Part shown: in pieces, positions 1 through 9,296 of the stretch
How positions within the stretch are numbered: the first letter of the stretch is position 1
Layout: every line of letters starts with the position of its first letter
Origin: Thermoproteota archaeon
GTDB lineage: Archaea > Korarchaeota > Korarchaeia > Korarchaeales > JAOZGB01
DNA: 64,000 nt
NCBI GenBank assembly: GCA_037917685.1
Contig: JAVCBU010000016.1
Span: 21,074 to 85,073 of the forward strand
Direction of reading: 5' to 3'
Made by a program: the position numbers and the translations under genes
Notes under the pieces: model-generated
Told to the model about the DNA's origin: nothing
Seen by the model: the letters and a program-made list of their open reading frames with translations, nothing else
The model's database searches: none

Positions 1-1
1 A

Positions 2-175
2 ATCTACGAGAGGGCTAAAAGATACATTGAGAAAGAGGGAGGATTCGACTCTGTAGACGAGTTCGTGGAGTTCGTGGTTGAGCACGTACTTGAAGAGGAG
101 TCCCCCCAGGCAGCGTACACACCTGAAGAAGAAGAAAAAATAAAAGAGAGGCTGAGAAGTCTAGGATACCTATAG
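2..175 (+). CDS. 3' part of small ribbon-helix-helix (CopG-like) protein with C-terminal ERLRSLGYL tail (5'-truncated by window edge)
   Basis: Manual translation of frame 2: IYERAKRYIEKEGGFDSVDEFVEFVVEHVLEEESPQAAYTPEEEEKIKERLRSLGYL*, TAG at 173-175; not in the ORF track. Confidence 0.75.
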   Translation: MYERAKRYIEKEGGFDSVDEFVEFVVEHVLEEESPQAAYTPEEEEKIKERLRSLGYL

Positions 176-222
176 TCTCATCTTACAAACACCGAGTTAA
201 GGGAAAGCCTTGGGTGTGGGGG

Positions 223-936
223 TTGCTCGTAATACTTGGCCTTGACGGATTAGAATACGAGTACGTCCTAGAGTTCAACTGTAAAAACCTCATGCAGGAA
301 CATTATGGGAAGACAGATATATCCATGTTTAAAGAGCCGAGGACAGTTGTAATATGGTCCTCATTCCTAGCGGGCAGAAACCTTGAAAACGAAATACTGA
401 AGCACGAAGACCTCTGGAGCTTCAGGTTGAAGCCCGAGCAAACCTTCTTCTCCAAGTACAAGAAGTGGGAAGCCATAGACGTCCCAGGCTTCACCCATAA
501 ATACGAAGAGCACAAGCAGGAGAGAGAACTTCTGAAAGGCTTCTTCGACGGTACGGTCACGGTTCAAGAATACGATGAGGCAGCCTTTAGGCATCATAGG
601 CAAAACAAGCAAGAGTTCAACGAAGCACTGCAGCAGGACCTGGAAATACTGATGGGCTACTTCCCCCTAGCAGACACAATTGGACACCTAAGCTTCGGAG
701 TTAAAACGAAGATGAAAATAATCTACAGGGAGCTTGACAGCATCGCTGGAAAAGTGAGACTGGCAGGGCACAGGCTCCTAATAATATCAGACCACGGTAT
801 GAAGCCTGTCGGGAGATTCGGAGACCACACAAACTATGGCTACTACTCGACGAATTTCAAAATAGATCTAGGTAAGCCAGGAATAACCCAGTTCAGGAAA
901 ATTATAGAAGACTTCACGTATAAAAGTAGGGAGTGA
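223..936 (+). CDS. Alkaline phosphatase superfamily (nucleotide pyrophosphatase/phosphodiesterase-like) protein
   Basis: Metal motifs LGLDG, DTIGH and IISDHG, plus a candidate Thr nucleophile (PRTVVIWSS); TTG 223 preferred over GTG 214. Confidence 0.8.
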   Translation: MLVILGLDGLEYEYVLEFNCKNLMQEHYGKTDISMFKEPRTVVIWSSFLAGRNLENEILKHEDLWSFRLKPEQTFFSKYKKWEAIDVPGFTHKYEEHKQERELLKGFFDGTVTVQEYDEAAFRHHRQNKQEFNEALQQDLEILMGYFPLADTIGHLSFGVKTKMKIIYRELDSIAGKVRLAGHRLLIISDHGMKPVGRFGDHTNYGYYSTNFKIDLGKPGITQFRKIIEDFTYKSRE

Positions 937-941
937 TGGGG

Positions 942-1274
942 TTACCTCCTCCTTTCCATGTATACGGCGAATGAAGTAGCACACCTTGTTGGGTCTGTTC
1001 CAACCACTGTGAGAGGAGTATCCAGCAAGTAATCGCCTATGGATAGGTCGCTTGTAAGTCCATCATGGAATATGTGATACCTTCCCCACCACACATTCTC
1101 AGTGGTTCCGGGATACTCAAAGTCCTAAACGTTTACTCTTATAAGGTTGTTAGTCATCCATTAGTTTGTAGGCGTCCTTGAAGTCTCAGTATCCTGCTTC
1201 TCAGGCGGCTGACTAGCCATCATCCCTATCTGCAGCAATAATACCACTACCATTAGAATTAGTAAGGGTAACAC
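942..1274 (-). pseudogene. Decayed gene for a secreted protein
   Basis: One frame reads a signal-peptide-like VLPLLILMVVVLLLQIGMMASQ..., has in-frame stops at 1161-1163 (TAA) and 1125-1127 (TAG), and ends FAVYMERRR*. Confidence 0.45.
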
Positions 1275-1371
1275 TTCTCCTCATAGGCCTCGAGGCTATG
1301 TAGTTGACCCTTTTTAATTTTTCGCGTTTACGGTTAGACCCCGTATTTGAGATTTAGACTATCTCAGCCTC

Positions 1372-2079
1372 CTATATGCTTTTCTCCAAGCCTCTTATAT
1401 ATTCCTCCACTATCTTCACTCCAGAACTCGTGCCGATCCTATCTGCTCCAGCCTCGACCATTTCGAGTGCTTGTCTAAGATTTCTTATCCCCCCTGCGGC
1501 TTTAACCTTTGCTTTACCCTTAACCGTCTTCTTCATAAGCCTAACATGTTCAGCTTTTGCACCTTCAGGCCCGAAGCCTGTTGAAGTCTTAACGTAGTCC
1601 GCCCCTGCATCCACCGCTATTTCGCAGGCTCTAACTATTTCTTCATTGGTGAGGTAACATGTTTCTATAATAACCTTGACCGGGACCCCTACCTCCACAA
1701 CTCCTTTGATGTCGCTGAGGACGGCTTCGTAGTCTCTCGACTTGAAAGCCCCCAGGTTCATAACCATGTCTATTTCATCGGCGCCATCCTCAACCACACG
1801 GGCGGCTTCGAAAGCCTTAACCTCGGGCTTAGCCATCCCAAGGGGGAAGCCTACCACTGTTACAACCTTAACCTTCGAGCCCTTAAGCCTCTCCTTGCAA
1901 GTTTTAACCCAGTAGGGGTTAACGCAGACCCCTGCGAATCCATACTTCAAGGCATCATCGCACAGTTTTAGAATAGAGTCTAATGGTTCAAATGGTTTAA
2001 GAAGCGTATAATCAATCATCCCGGCAAGCCTCTCCAAGCTAAGCCTGATTTCAGCCATCAGAAATGAAATACCTTGCAT
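1372..2079 (-). CDS. deoC: Deoxyribose-phosphate aldolase
   Basis: IDYTLLKP, VVGFPLG, GADEIDMV, VKTSTGF (Schiff-base Lys), KAAGGIR, RIGTSS; true start may be slightly downstream (MAEIRL). Confidence 0.95.
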   Translation of the reverse strand: MQGISFLMAEIRLSLERLAGMIDYTLLKPFEPLDSILKLCDDALKYGFAGVCVNPYWVKTCKERLKGSKVKVVTVVGFPLGMAKPEVKAFEAARVVEDGADEIDMVMNLGAFKSRDYEAVLSDIKGVVEVGVPVKVIIETCYLTNEEIVRACEIAVDAGADYVKTSTGFGPEGAKAEHVRLMKKTVKGKAKVKAAGGIRNLRQALEMVEAGADRIGTSSGVKIVEEYIRGLEKSI

Positions 2080-2431
2080 ATTTTAAAATCCACTACTTAA
2101 CTAAACCTTCAGAAAAACTCTGCTGAACACCAGACCGTAGATCATGAGTATAATAGAGGTGAGGGAGAGTAGGCTTCAATCGAAAGGAGTGCAGCAAAAG
2201 TTGAAGTAACGGACGCAGAAGCGTGGATGCTTTAAACATCAGGAACTACACATAGGGATATGTCCTCCATAGCAACCCCCAGATAGAACGCGTATTGGAA
2301 TCCATGCTGTAGGCTGAGATTTTAAGTGTCTGTTGATGAGGTTACCTCCAGCATTAAAAATGTAATTCTGGGAACGTCTTATGATGATCAACCTTTATAA
2401 GTGCCAGAATCCTACCTCATTAAGGATGCAG

Positions 2432-4681
2432 ATGGTCAAGATACGAACTACTACCCTTATTATAGCCCTTCTACTCCTAGCAGGCAGCATTGTAGGAAGC
2501 TTGCATGTGGAATCCTCAACTTCAACCCCCATGGAGACAGTTACGATCTTCGCTGATGCCGATGCCCTCATAACAGAGGCTGTTCCCGATAATAATTGGG
2601 GTGATTATGAGTATTTAAGCGTGGGGGTAGGAAGCAATAATAAGAAGATTAGGACACTCCTGCACTTTGACTTCAGCGTTATACCGGAGGGTTCAACTAT
2701 AGTTAGCGCCGAACTTCACCTTACATTTGCAATGATGTATTTCGGCACAGGAGCAGCAAACATAAAGGTTTATTGGTTAGTAAACGGCGGGTTCGACGAG
2801 GACTGCGTAACATGGTATAGGAGGACCTGTACGGAAAACTGGCCGGATCCCGGGGGAGAGTACAGCTCAGCAGTCCCACCCCTAGATTCAGTTCAAGTGT
2901 CAGCGAATAACAATGCATGTGATGATATAGTATTCAATATTAAATATTATGTTGATAAAGTGGTTAACCATGGCTGGAGCGGTTTCGGACTCATGCTTAC
3001 AGCTGATGATGCCAACGACTTTGCAAGGTTCTACTCGAAGGAAGGTGCCTCTGGAAGCGGCTGCTCCGGCGAGGCAAGGCCAAGAGTTGTAGTAACCTAT
3101 ACACCCCCGGGCTACAGTATAAACCTTATTCAGCCATCCGGGGGAGAAGTACTCACTGCAGGCCAAACTTACCAGATTAAATGGCAGTCATCCGCCGCAA
3201 TCGGAAAAATAGTAATATTATTCTCCCCAGATGGAGGTGCCACATGGAATGCGGTAGACTGTGTAGACAACACGGGGGGAGTAATGACCTACACATGGCA
3301 TGTTCCAGAAATAGAGTCAAGCCAATGCAAGATATGGGTAAGAATGCTATCCAGTTGCAGCGGCCCGGCAGTTCTATACGCTGAAGATCAAAGCGGACTG
3401 TTTACAATTACGATCCCCGAAGAAGCCGACTTCACAATAGACTTATCACCTGATGAGATAAGCGTCCAGGCTGGGGAGCAAGCGTCATTCACCATAACAA
3501 TCACCCCGACAGGGGGGTTCTCAGCAACATTATACTTCTCTGTCTCAGGCCTACCCCTAGACGCCTCCTACAACCTAGTGCCAACAGGCCCCTACACCAT
3601 AACCCTACTAGTGCAAACCGGAAGCACAACAGGAACCTTCACAATAACAGTTACAGCAACGGGAGGCGGGAAAACCCATAGCGACACGGCGACCCTAATA
3701 ATAAACCCGCCTCCTACGACTACTCCTCCGCCTACGACTACTCAGCCTCCTACGACTACTCCTCCGCCTACGACTACTCAGCCTCCTACGACTACTCCTC
3801 CGCCTACAACCCCTGCACCATCCTTCGATTTTACAATTAGTGTCCAGCCATCTACTGTAACAGTTAGCCCCGGTGACACCGTATCATTTGCTGTGACCGT
3901 TGAGCTTGTATCTGGAACCGCGGAGTCCATCTCTCTATCGGTGGCCGGGCTTCCGTCAGAGTTTACCTGGAGCTTTAACCCACCCTCCGTGACGCCAACT
4001 GGCGTTTCAACACTAAATATAAATGTTGGGGACAAGCCGGGCACTTATACCTTTGTTGTCGCGGCTACGGGTGGCGGGGTAACTAGAACAGCAACGGCGA
4101 CAATCACAGTCGAGGAGGGGAAGAAATGTATTATTGCAACCGTCACCTATGGCGGTGAACTTTCTGACGAGGTACAACTGTTGAGAGGTTATAGAGACAG
4201 ATTTATAATGAAAAGCTTCCTTGGAAAGAGCTTCATGTACGCATTTAACAAATTCTACTACTCATGGAGCCCAGCGGTGGCATCGAGGATAGATGGAAAC
4301 GAGATTCTCAAAGGCTACGTGAGGGTATCGCTGTATCCATTAATATACATTCTTCAGGCTACGAACTGGCTGACCCTACATATGGTAGGCATAAGCCTTG
4401 AAGCTGCTGTTTTAGTGGCAGGGATGCTGGCCTCAGCCCTAATAGGAATAGTGTACTTGGCCCCAACAATATACCTAATAGGGACGATATGGAATCTGAG
4501 ACCGTCAAAGAAAACGATTCTAATCATAGCCTCCAATGTAGCCCTATGGACTGCTATAAGCCTATTCTCAATCCTTACATGTGCCAATGGCATTGCAGTA
4601 ATATCTACGTCCCTTCTCGTGCTATCAACGATTGTTCTTAGCTCAACAGCAGTCGCAAAAGCAACTATGAAAGTTCTCTAA
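2432..4681 (+). CDS. Secreted cell-surface protein: DNRLRE-like domain, Ig-like domains, Pro/Thr linker, CFI-box-CTERM domain
   Basis: Signal peptide after MVKIR; DADALI..RTLLHFD..IVSAELHL..F.SKE..RPRVVVTY pattern; C-terminal KKCIIATVTYGGELSDEVQLLRGYRD followed by TM helices; start within 2381-2432 uncertain. Confidence 0.8.
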   Translation: MVKIRTTTLIIALLLLAGSIVGSLHVESSTSTPMETVTIFADADALITEAVPDNNWGDYEYLSVGVGSNNKKIRTLLHFDFSVIPEGSTIVSAELHLTFAMMYFGTGAANIKVYWLVNGGFDEDCVTWYRRTCTENWPDPGGEYSSAVPPLDSVQVSANNNACDDIVFNIKYYVDKVVNHGWSGFGLMLTADDANDFARFYSKEGASGSGCSGEARPRVVVTYTPPGYSINLIQPSGGEVLTAGQTYQIKWQSSAAIGKIVILFSPDGGATWNAVDCVDNTGGVMTYTWHVPEIESSQCKIWVRMLSSCSGPAVLYAEDQSGLFTITIPEEADFTIDLSPDEISVQAGEQASFTITITPTGGFSATLYFSVSGLPLDASYNLVPTGPYTITLLVQTGSTTGTFTITVTATGGGKTHSDTATLIINPPPTTTPPPTTTQPPTTTPPPTTTQPPTTTPPPTTPAPSFDFTISVQPSTVTVSPGDTVSFAVTVELVSGTAESISLSVAGLPSEFTWSFNPPSVTPTGVSTLNINVGDKPGTYTFVVAATGGGVTRTATATITVEEGKKCIIATVTYGGELSDEVQLLRGYRDRFIMKSFLGKSFMYAFNKFYYSWSPAVASRIDGNEILKGYVRVSLYPLIYILQATNWLTLHMVGISLEAAVLVAGMLASALIGIVYLAPTIYLIGTIWNLRPSKKTILIIASNVALWTAISLFSILTCANGIAVISTSLLVLSTIVLSSTAVAKATMKVL
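3707..3811 (+). repeat. Coding tandem repeat, about six 18-bp units with a 36-bp higher-order period, encoding (P/Q)PPTTT
   Basis: Alternating CCTCCGCCTACGACTACT and CAGCCTCCTACGACTACT units read directly. Confidence 0.95.
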
Positions 4682-5102
4682 CCCCTCTTTCTTTCCAATA
4701 AATGTACTTGAAAGTCTCCACCAGGATGGAGCCAGCGTATAACAGGATAAATGATACAGCGAAGAACCTGAAATTCAATCTTAGCATTACGTTCCCCCTC
4801 CTATGTTGATCATTAACATTGCTACAATAGTAAATTTTGACTCTTTGGAGATCTCCAGTGTCAGGATTTTCCACATAGAACTCTTCAACTTCAACCTTGA
4901 CACCTGAGTAGTAAACCTCCCATCGCCTTAAATTTGTGACATTAACACTTCTGATACCCCTGTAGACAGCCATTAAAATTAAGGAGATGGAACCTGCTAA
5001 GATAAGTAAGAATAATAGGAAAGTTCTCGACCTCACTGTTATCAGAGGTAAAGAGATCTCTAGAATTACAAAGAGTAGGGACAATAGATATAGATCAATC
5101 AT
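4665..5102 (-). CDS. Hypothetical membrane protein (about 3 TM)
   Basis: Hydrophobic segments; GAGG upstream of ATG 5102 suggests a start at MIDLYLL rather than 5138. Confidence 0.5.
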   Translation of the reverse strand: MIDLYLLSLLFVILEISLPLITVRSRTFLLFLLILAGSISLILMAVYRGIRSVNVTNLRRWEVYYSGVKVEVEEFYVENPDTGDLQRVKIYYCSNVNDQHRRGNVMLRLNFRFFAVSFILLYAGSILVETFKYIYWKERGVRELS

Positions 5103-5166
5103 CAACCTCATAAGTAGAGTAATGTTGCAGGGAAACATTCATAAGGAAAGCAGTCTTATGACTCCG

Positions 5167-5234
5167 TGGGATGATGAGTACATCGAGTATGCGGATGATC
5201 CGATGAAGATCAGAGGGTCACCTGACTTATCCCA
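5167..5234 (+). ncRNA. Candidate box C/D 2'-O-methylation guide sRNA
   Basis: Box C ATGATGA 5171-5177, D' CGGA 5192-5195, C'-like CCGATGA 5200-5206, box D CTGA 5222-5225, terminal complementarity TGGGAT/ATCCCA; intergenic; D guide AGAGGGTCA is complementary to the archaeal 23S H69 consensus UGACCCUCU. Confidence 0.7.
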
Positions 5235-5260
5235 TCCCTTAGATAACAGTTATCATAGAA

Positions 5261-6238
5261 CTAGGCTGTTACTTTAACCTCCTCGACTACTACTCTTCTA
5301 TAGTTTTTGTCCTCTGTCTCCACATCTTCGAGAACTCCTGTTGCAATCAGCCTTTCACCTTTAGATGCAATCCCACAGTACCTTCCCCGATACCACGCGA
5401 TCTCCGTGATTTCATCATCGTCGCACTCAACTTTCACCCAGCCTGGAGTAAATATGGAGTAGCTGTCCTCTACGACTACACAGTTAACAGTGGCTCTTCC
5501 TATTCTTCTAAATCTAACCATGCCATACTTCCACCTGTACTCCTGAGGTTCAAGTATGAATTTGACGAAATACTCTGATCCCCTATATGTACCCTGGAAT
5601 AACCTGTCGGATTCAAATGCGCAGAACTCTCTGAATCCCATATATCTGTAGGCCATCCTTCTCATATAGATCCTCCTTAACATCTCTTCGGTGAGGGGTT
5701 GAATTATACCTTCACATCTTAGTTTGAGCAGGGCTCTGTAAACCCTCCAACAGTTCTGGTATCCATAGACGTTTACGTCAATGTCTGATAGCGGTTGTTC
5801 AAGTCCGAGCAAGATGGACCCGGAGACTCCGAAGCATCCGGCGCAGGCGCTGGCCTCCACTCTAAGGGTCCTGATAAACTCTACAGCCTTGGATCTGAGA
5901 GCTGTTATCTTAGCATTAGAGCAAAGCTTCAGATAGCCTTCCTTTGGCTTGTAAACTTTTACAACCTCTACCAATGGGATTAGAGGGACTGTCATCCCCA
6001 AGTACGGGTCTTGTCTCAAGTAATGAGGATAATTCTCTCGTAAAAACTTAAGCCGGGCTCTTAGGTCGTTAATCCTTATATATCTCCTTCCCTCTCTTAT
6101 TCTCTCACCCTGAGGTGACGGTACATACTTGGGGTATGCTAGAACAGTGCCAGGTGGATGAAGGAACCCTCTAACATCAAAGATAACTCCAGATCTTACT
6201 TCTACGTAGTCTCCCTCAAATATCAACTTGAACTTCAC
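5261..6238 (-). CDS. Predicted archaeal nucleotidyltransferase (COG1665-like)
   Basis: Pol-beta-type GSILLG..SDIDVNVYG; N-terminal IFDVRGFLHPPG..AYPKY. Confidence 0.75.
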   Translation of the reverse strand: MKFKLIFEGDYVEVRSGVIFDVRGFLHPPGTVLAYPKYVPSPQGERIREGRRYIRINDLRARLKFLRENYPHYLRQDPYLGMTVPLIPLVEVVKVYKPKEGYLKLCSNAKITALRSKAVEFIRTLRVEASACAGCFGVSGSILLGLEQPLSDIDVNVYGYQNCWRVYRALLKLRCEGIIQPLTEEMLRRIYMRRMAYRYMGFREFCAFESDRLFQGTYRGSEYFVKFILEPQEYRWKYGMVRFRRIGRATVNCVVVEDSYSIFTPGWVKVECDDDEITEIAWYRGRYCGIASKGERLIATGVLEDVETEDKNYRRVVVEEVKVTA

Positions 6239-6284
6239 CGGGATGCTTGGACATAAAATTTTTGCGTTTTAAAAAATAGATAAT

Positions 6285-7031
6285 ATGAAGATAATGAGTA
6301 GTGATATTAGAATCTTCTTTGTGATAATGAAAGATCAGAAATATGGGAGGAGGATTGTAGAGAACATAGCTGTTAGAGGCTTCCCACACTGGATCTACGG
6401 TGTACACGAGTTCGACAAGGTTCCACCTGCGAGTGTCCTGTTAGACGAGTCTCCTGAGCTTGACAATTATCTCCCAGATAGCTTGCCCGAGTGCGACCTT
6501 GTCATATCCCTCGGCCTCCCAAGCGAGCTACAGGCCACTGTTCCGATAATAGTGGAGAGATGCAAGGCTAAAGCCGTAATAATAGCTGTTGACGACTCAT
6601 CCTGGGTTCCACCAGGCCTGAAGAGACAGCTGATAGATGAGTTTGAACGCCTAGGCGTAGGCTACGCCTTCCCAAAACCCTTGTGTAGCCTAGAAGAAAC
6701 AGGAGATCCTATAATAGACATATTTACTAGGCACTTCGGAAAACCAAAGCTAAAGATAGAGCTGGAAAAAGGAGTAATACGGCGTATAGAAGTGGTCAGG
6801 GGAGCCCCTTGTGGTTCAACATGGTACATAACAGATAAGCTTGTAGGAACACATATCAATCCTAGGGAGAAACTGTGGAAGGAGCTTGCAAAGGCTCACC
6901 ACGTATACCCGTGTCTTGCAAGCATGCAGATTGACCCCGAAATAGGGGATGCTATACTTCACAAGTCTCAATACATTATCAGGGAGGCCGTCGACCAAGC
7001 TTTAAAACAAGAAAAGAAGTTAAGCGTGTAG
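6285..7031 (+). CDS. DUF166 family protein (COG1810-like)
   Basis: PKPLCSL, FGKPKL, RGAPCGSTW and YPCLASM motifs. Confidence 0.75.
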   Translation: MKIMSSDIRIFFVIMKDQKYGRRIVENIAVRGFPHWIYGVHEFDKVPPASVLLDESPELDNYLPDSLPECDLVISLGLPSELQATVPIIVERCKAKAVIIAVDDSSWVPPGLKRQLIDEFERLGVGYAFPKPLCSLEETGDPIIDIFTRHFGKPKLKIELEKGVIRRIEVVRGAPCGSTWYITDKLVGTHINPREKLWKELAKAHHVYPCLASMQIDPEIGDAILHKSQYIIREAVDQALKQEKKLSV

Positions 7032-7060
7032 CTATATTTTAAAAATATCGATACATAGAA

Positions 7061-7774
7061 TTGGTTGTGAGTAGAACCAAACTTTACGCTTACTCAGCAA
7101 TATTCGCTTCCCTGCATGCGATCCTATGCTTTATGGAGTGGCCATGGAGAAGGTGGTCTCTTTACATTGAGCCTTTAGAAGCTGTTGTTCTAGGACCGGT
7201 TGTAGGTCCCATAGCTGCCTTTGTAGGTTCGATACTTGGGAGGGCAATATTCATGCCTAACCTCTCGTCGTTCGCCTTCGGAGTACCAGCAGAAACAATA
7301 GGAGTCTTCACAGCTGCTAGGGCATGGCGTGGAGATTACAAAACACCCCTAGCCCTTATGGGTGCGATGCTGATAGCCTTCTATCTTCACCATGTTGGAA
7401 GGTCGATGCCTCCATGGACGCTTGCAGACATATACCTAGCTTTAATAATTTCTCTACTCCTAATCGTTGGCAAAGGGATTTACGGTAAGCTCAAGGGAGT
7501 TGTTAAATCCAGCATTACAGGTTTTATAGCGGCTACAGCGGATGCGATGGTAAGAGTGACGATACTTATCCCAGCCGGGGTCTATTCTCTCTTTGGCCTT
7601 GACACGGAAGCTCTAAGACTAATCTTCACGGCAGGAGCTATATACTCCTTCGCGGAAGATATAATCATAACCATAATATCTACAGTAATCATCGTCGCCG
7701 TAGTTAGAGTGGTTAAGGAGGTGGAAGGAGCCTATACAGACGTTTCACAAAGGATTGAAGATATAACTTGCTAA
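7061..7774 (+). CDS. ECF transporter S-component-like membrane protein
   Basis: About 6-7 TM; AIFASL..LGPVVGPIAAFVG pattern. Confidence 0.55.
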   Translation: MVVSRTKLYAYSAIFASLHAILCFMEWPWRRWSLYIEPLEAVVLGPVVGPIAAFVGSILGRAIFMPNLSSFAFGVPAETIGVFTAARAWRGDYKTPLALMGAMLIAFYLHHVGRSMPPWTLADIYLALIISLLLIVGKGIYGKLKGVVKSSITGFIAATADAMVRVTILIPAGVYSLFGLDTEALRLIFTAGAIYSFAEDIIITIISTVIIVAVVRVVKEVEGAYTDVSQRIEDITC

Positions 7775-7937
7775 TTGTATGCATCCGGAAGGGCAGCAGC
7801 CTTTCCATAGGAAATTTAGGTTGAACCCCCTAGGTATCGATCTACTTTCATGGCCACTGTACATTCTGCTATGGGAATCTTTAGGCTAGAGTTCCCTTGG
7901 ACGGCTGCGAATCTTCTAAAACGCGAAATTGTTAAGG

Positions 7938-9134
7938 CTAAGTTCTGTAACTTTTTGGCATCCCTAGGACATGCTCGCCAACGTATGCTAATGCCATCTG
8001 CTGGGTTACCGGTGCAAGTCTTATCAGATTTATTTCTCTCCACCACCTTTCTACGTCGTATTCTTTAGCGTAGCCGTAGCCACCGAAGCACTGCATGGCC
8101 CAGTATACAGCTTTAATCCCGGCTTCGACGGCTACTATTTTAGCCATGTTTGCGTATCTTCCAACCTCCCTGTAGTGTGCTTTTTCATCGAAGAGCACCG
8201 CTGCCTTGAAGTTCATTAGTCTCGCGGCCTCCAGGGTCGCATATGCCTCGGCTAGGGGGAACTGCAGTGCTTGATAGCTTCCGATAGGCTCGTCCGCGAA
8301 CACTCTTCTCTGCTTCGTGTATTCGACAGCCTTCCTGATCGCTGCTTTGCTTATTCCTATCGCTGCAGCTGCGAAACTCATTCTCTCCGTGTTAAGGGTA
8401 TCTAACAGTGTATACCAGCCTTTATCGAGTGGAGGTATTAAGGCGTTCTCAGGCAGTCTAAGATCATTGATGCTAACTTCGCAGCTCTTAGAATAGTTTA
8501 TTCCATGCTTTGGTATAGGGCTGACCTCAACAGCGGGATTGGGCAGGTCTGCAATGAACAGGCTAAGCCCGTGCGTCTTCTTCTCCGCTTTATCCCTTGG
8601 GGTCGTCCTCGCTATTATCAGCATTCCCTTTGCCCTATCTGCACCGCTGATGAAGATCTTGGTCCCATTTATAACCCATTCATCCCCTTCTTTAACCGCT
8701 GTCGTTTGAGTGTTAAGCGTATTAGTCCCGGCGTCAGGTTCGGTTAGGGCCATGCAGAACTCAACCTCGCCCCTGGCTATTCCCGGTAAATATTTCTCTT
8801 TCTGTTCCTCTGTCCCATGTCTAACTATGGTTATCCCTCCTAGAACCTCAGTTAGAATAAGGTACCAGGCCCCAGCCATTCCACATCCGCCGGCGCAAAG
8901 CTCTTCCATAGCTATTAAAAGTTCAGTTATGCCCATCCCAGCGCCTCCATACTCTTCAGGGATAACTATACCTGTAAAGCCGGCATCACCTAGTACCTTC
9001 CAGAATTCCTCGGCGAACTCACCTTTTTCTTCCTTCTCGCGCCAGTACTCCGGGGGAAAGCTTTCAGCAATCTCCCTTGCGGAGCTTGCAATCATCTCCT
9101 GCTCCTTGTTAAACCTGAAATCCACATAAACCAC
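7938..9134 (-). CDS. Acyl-CoA dehydrogenase
   Basis: IPEEYGG, MALTEPDAGT, INGTKIFIS, LNTER and FGGYGY motifs. Confidence 0.95.
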   Translation of the reverse strand: MVYVDFRFNKEQEMIASSAREIAESFPPEYWREKEEKGEFAEEFWKVLGDAGFTGIVIPEEYGGAGMGITELLIAMEELCAGGCGMAGAWYLILTEVLGGITIVRHGTEEQKEKYLPGIARGEVEFCMALTEPDAGTNTLNTQTTAVKEGDEWVINGTKIFISGADRAKGMLIIARTTPRDKAEKKTHGLSLFIADLPNPAVEVSPIPKHGINYSKSCEVSINDLRLPENALIPPLDKGWYTLLDTLNTERMSFAAAAIGISKAAIRKAVEYTKQRRVFADEPIGSYQALQFPLAEAYATLEAARLMNFKAAVLFDEKAHYREVGRYANMAKIVAVEAGIKAVYWAMQCFGGYGYAKEYDVERWWREINLIRLAPVTQQMALAYVGEHVLGMPKSYRT

Positions 9135-9296
9135 CCAGCATTTAAACCTATTAACACAAAATAATAAGCTATCTACAAACCCATAACCCTATGTCACTTT
9201 GAATACTAACCTAATAAACAACACGATAACCTTACATGGTTTAATTAGGAGTTAGAGGTGTCAATATAAAATGGGGATGGTTGGAGTCTCTGCTTG

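Noticed and set aside
1125-1163. In-frame TAG as possible pyrrolysine read-through
   Set aside because: A TAA stop lies in the same frame, no pyl genes are present here, and pseudogenisation is simpler
2333-2384. TTGATGA...ATGA as a possible C/D sRNA
   Set aside because: No CTGA box D, no clear D'/C' pair and no terminal stem
4987-5277. 96-aa plus-strand ORF
   Set aside because: It overlaps two minus-strand genes and the C/D sRNA candidate and has no recognisable motif
7785-7806. CCGGAAGGGCAGCAGC resembling SRP RNA helix 8
   Set aside because: The upstream CAGG strand is missing and the gap is too short for an archaeal 7S RNA; a simple hairpin between convergent genes explains it
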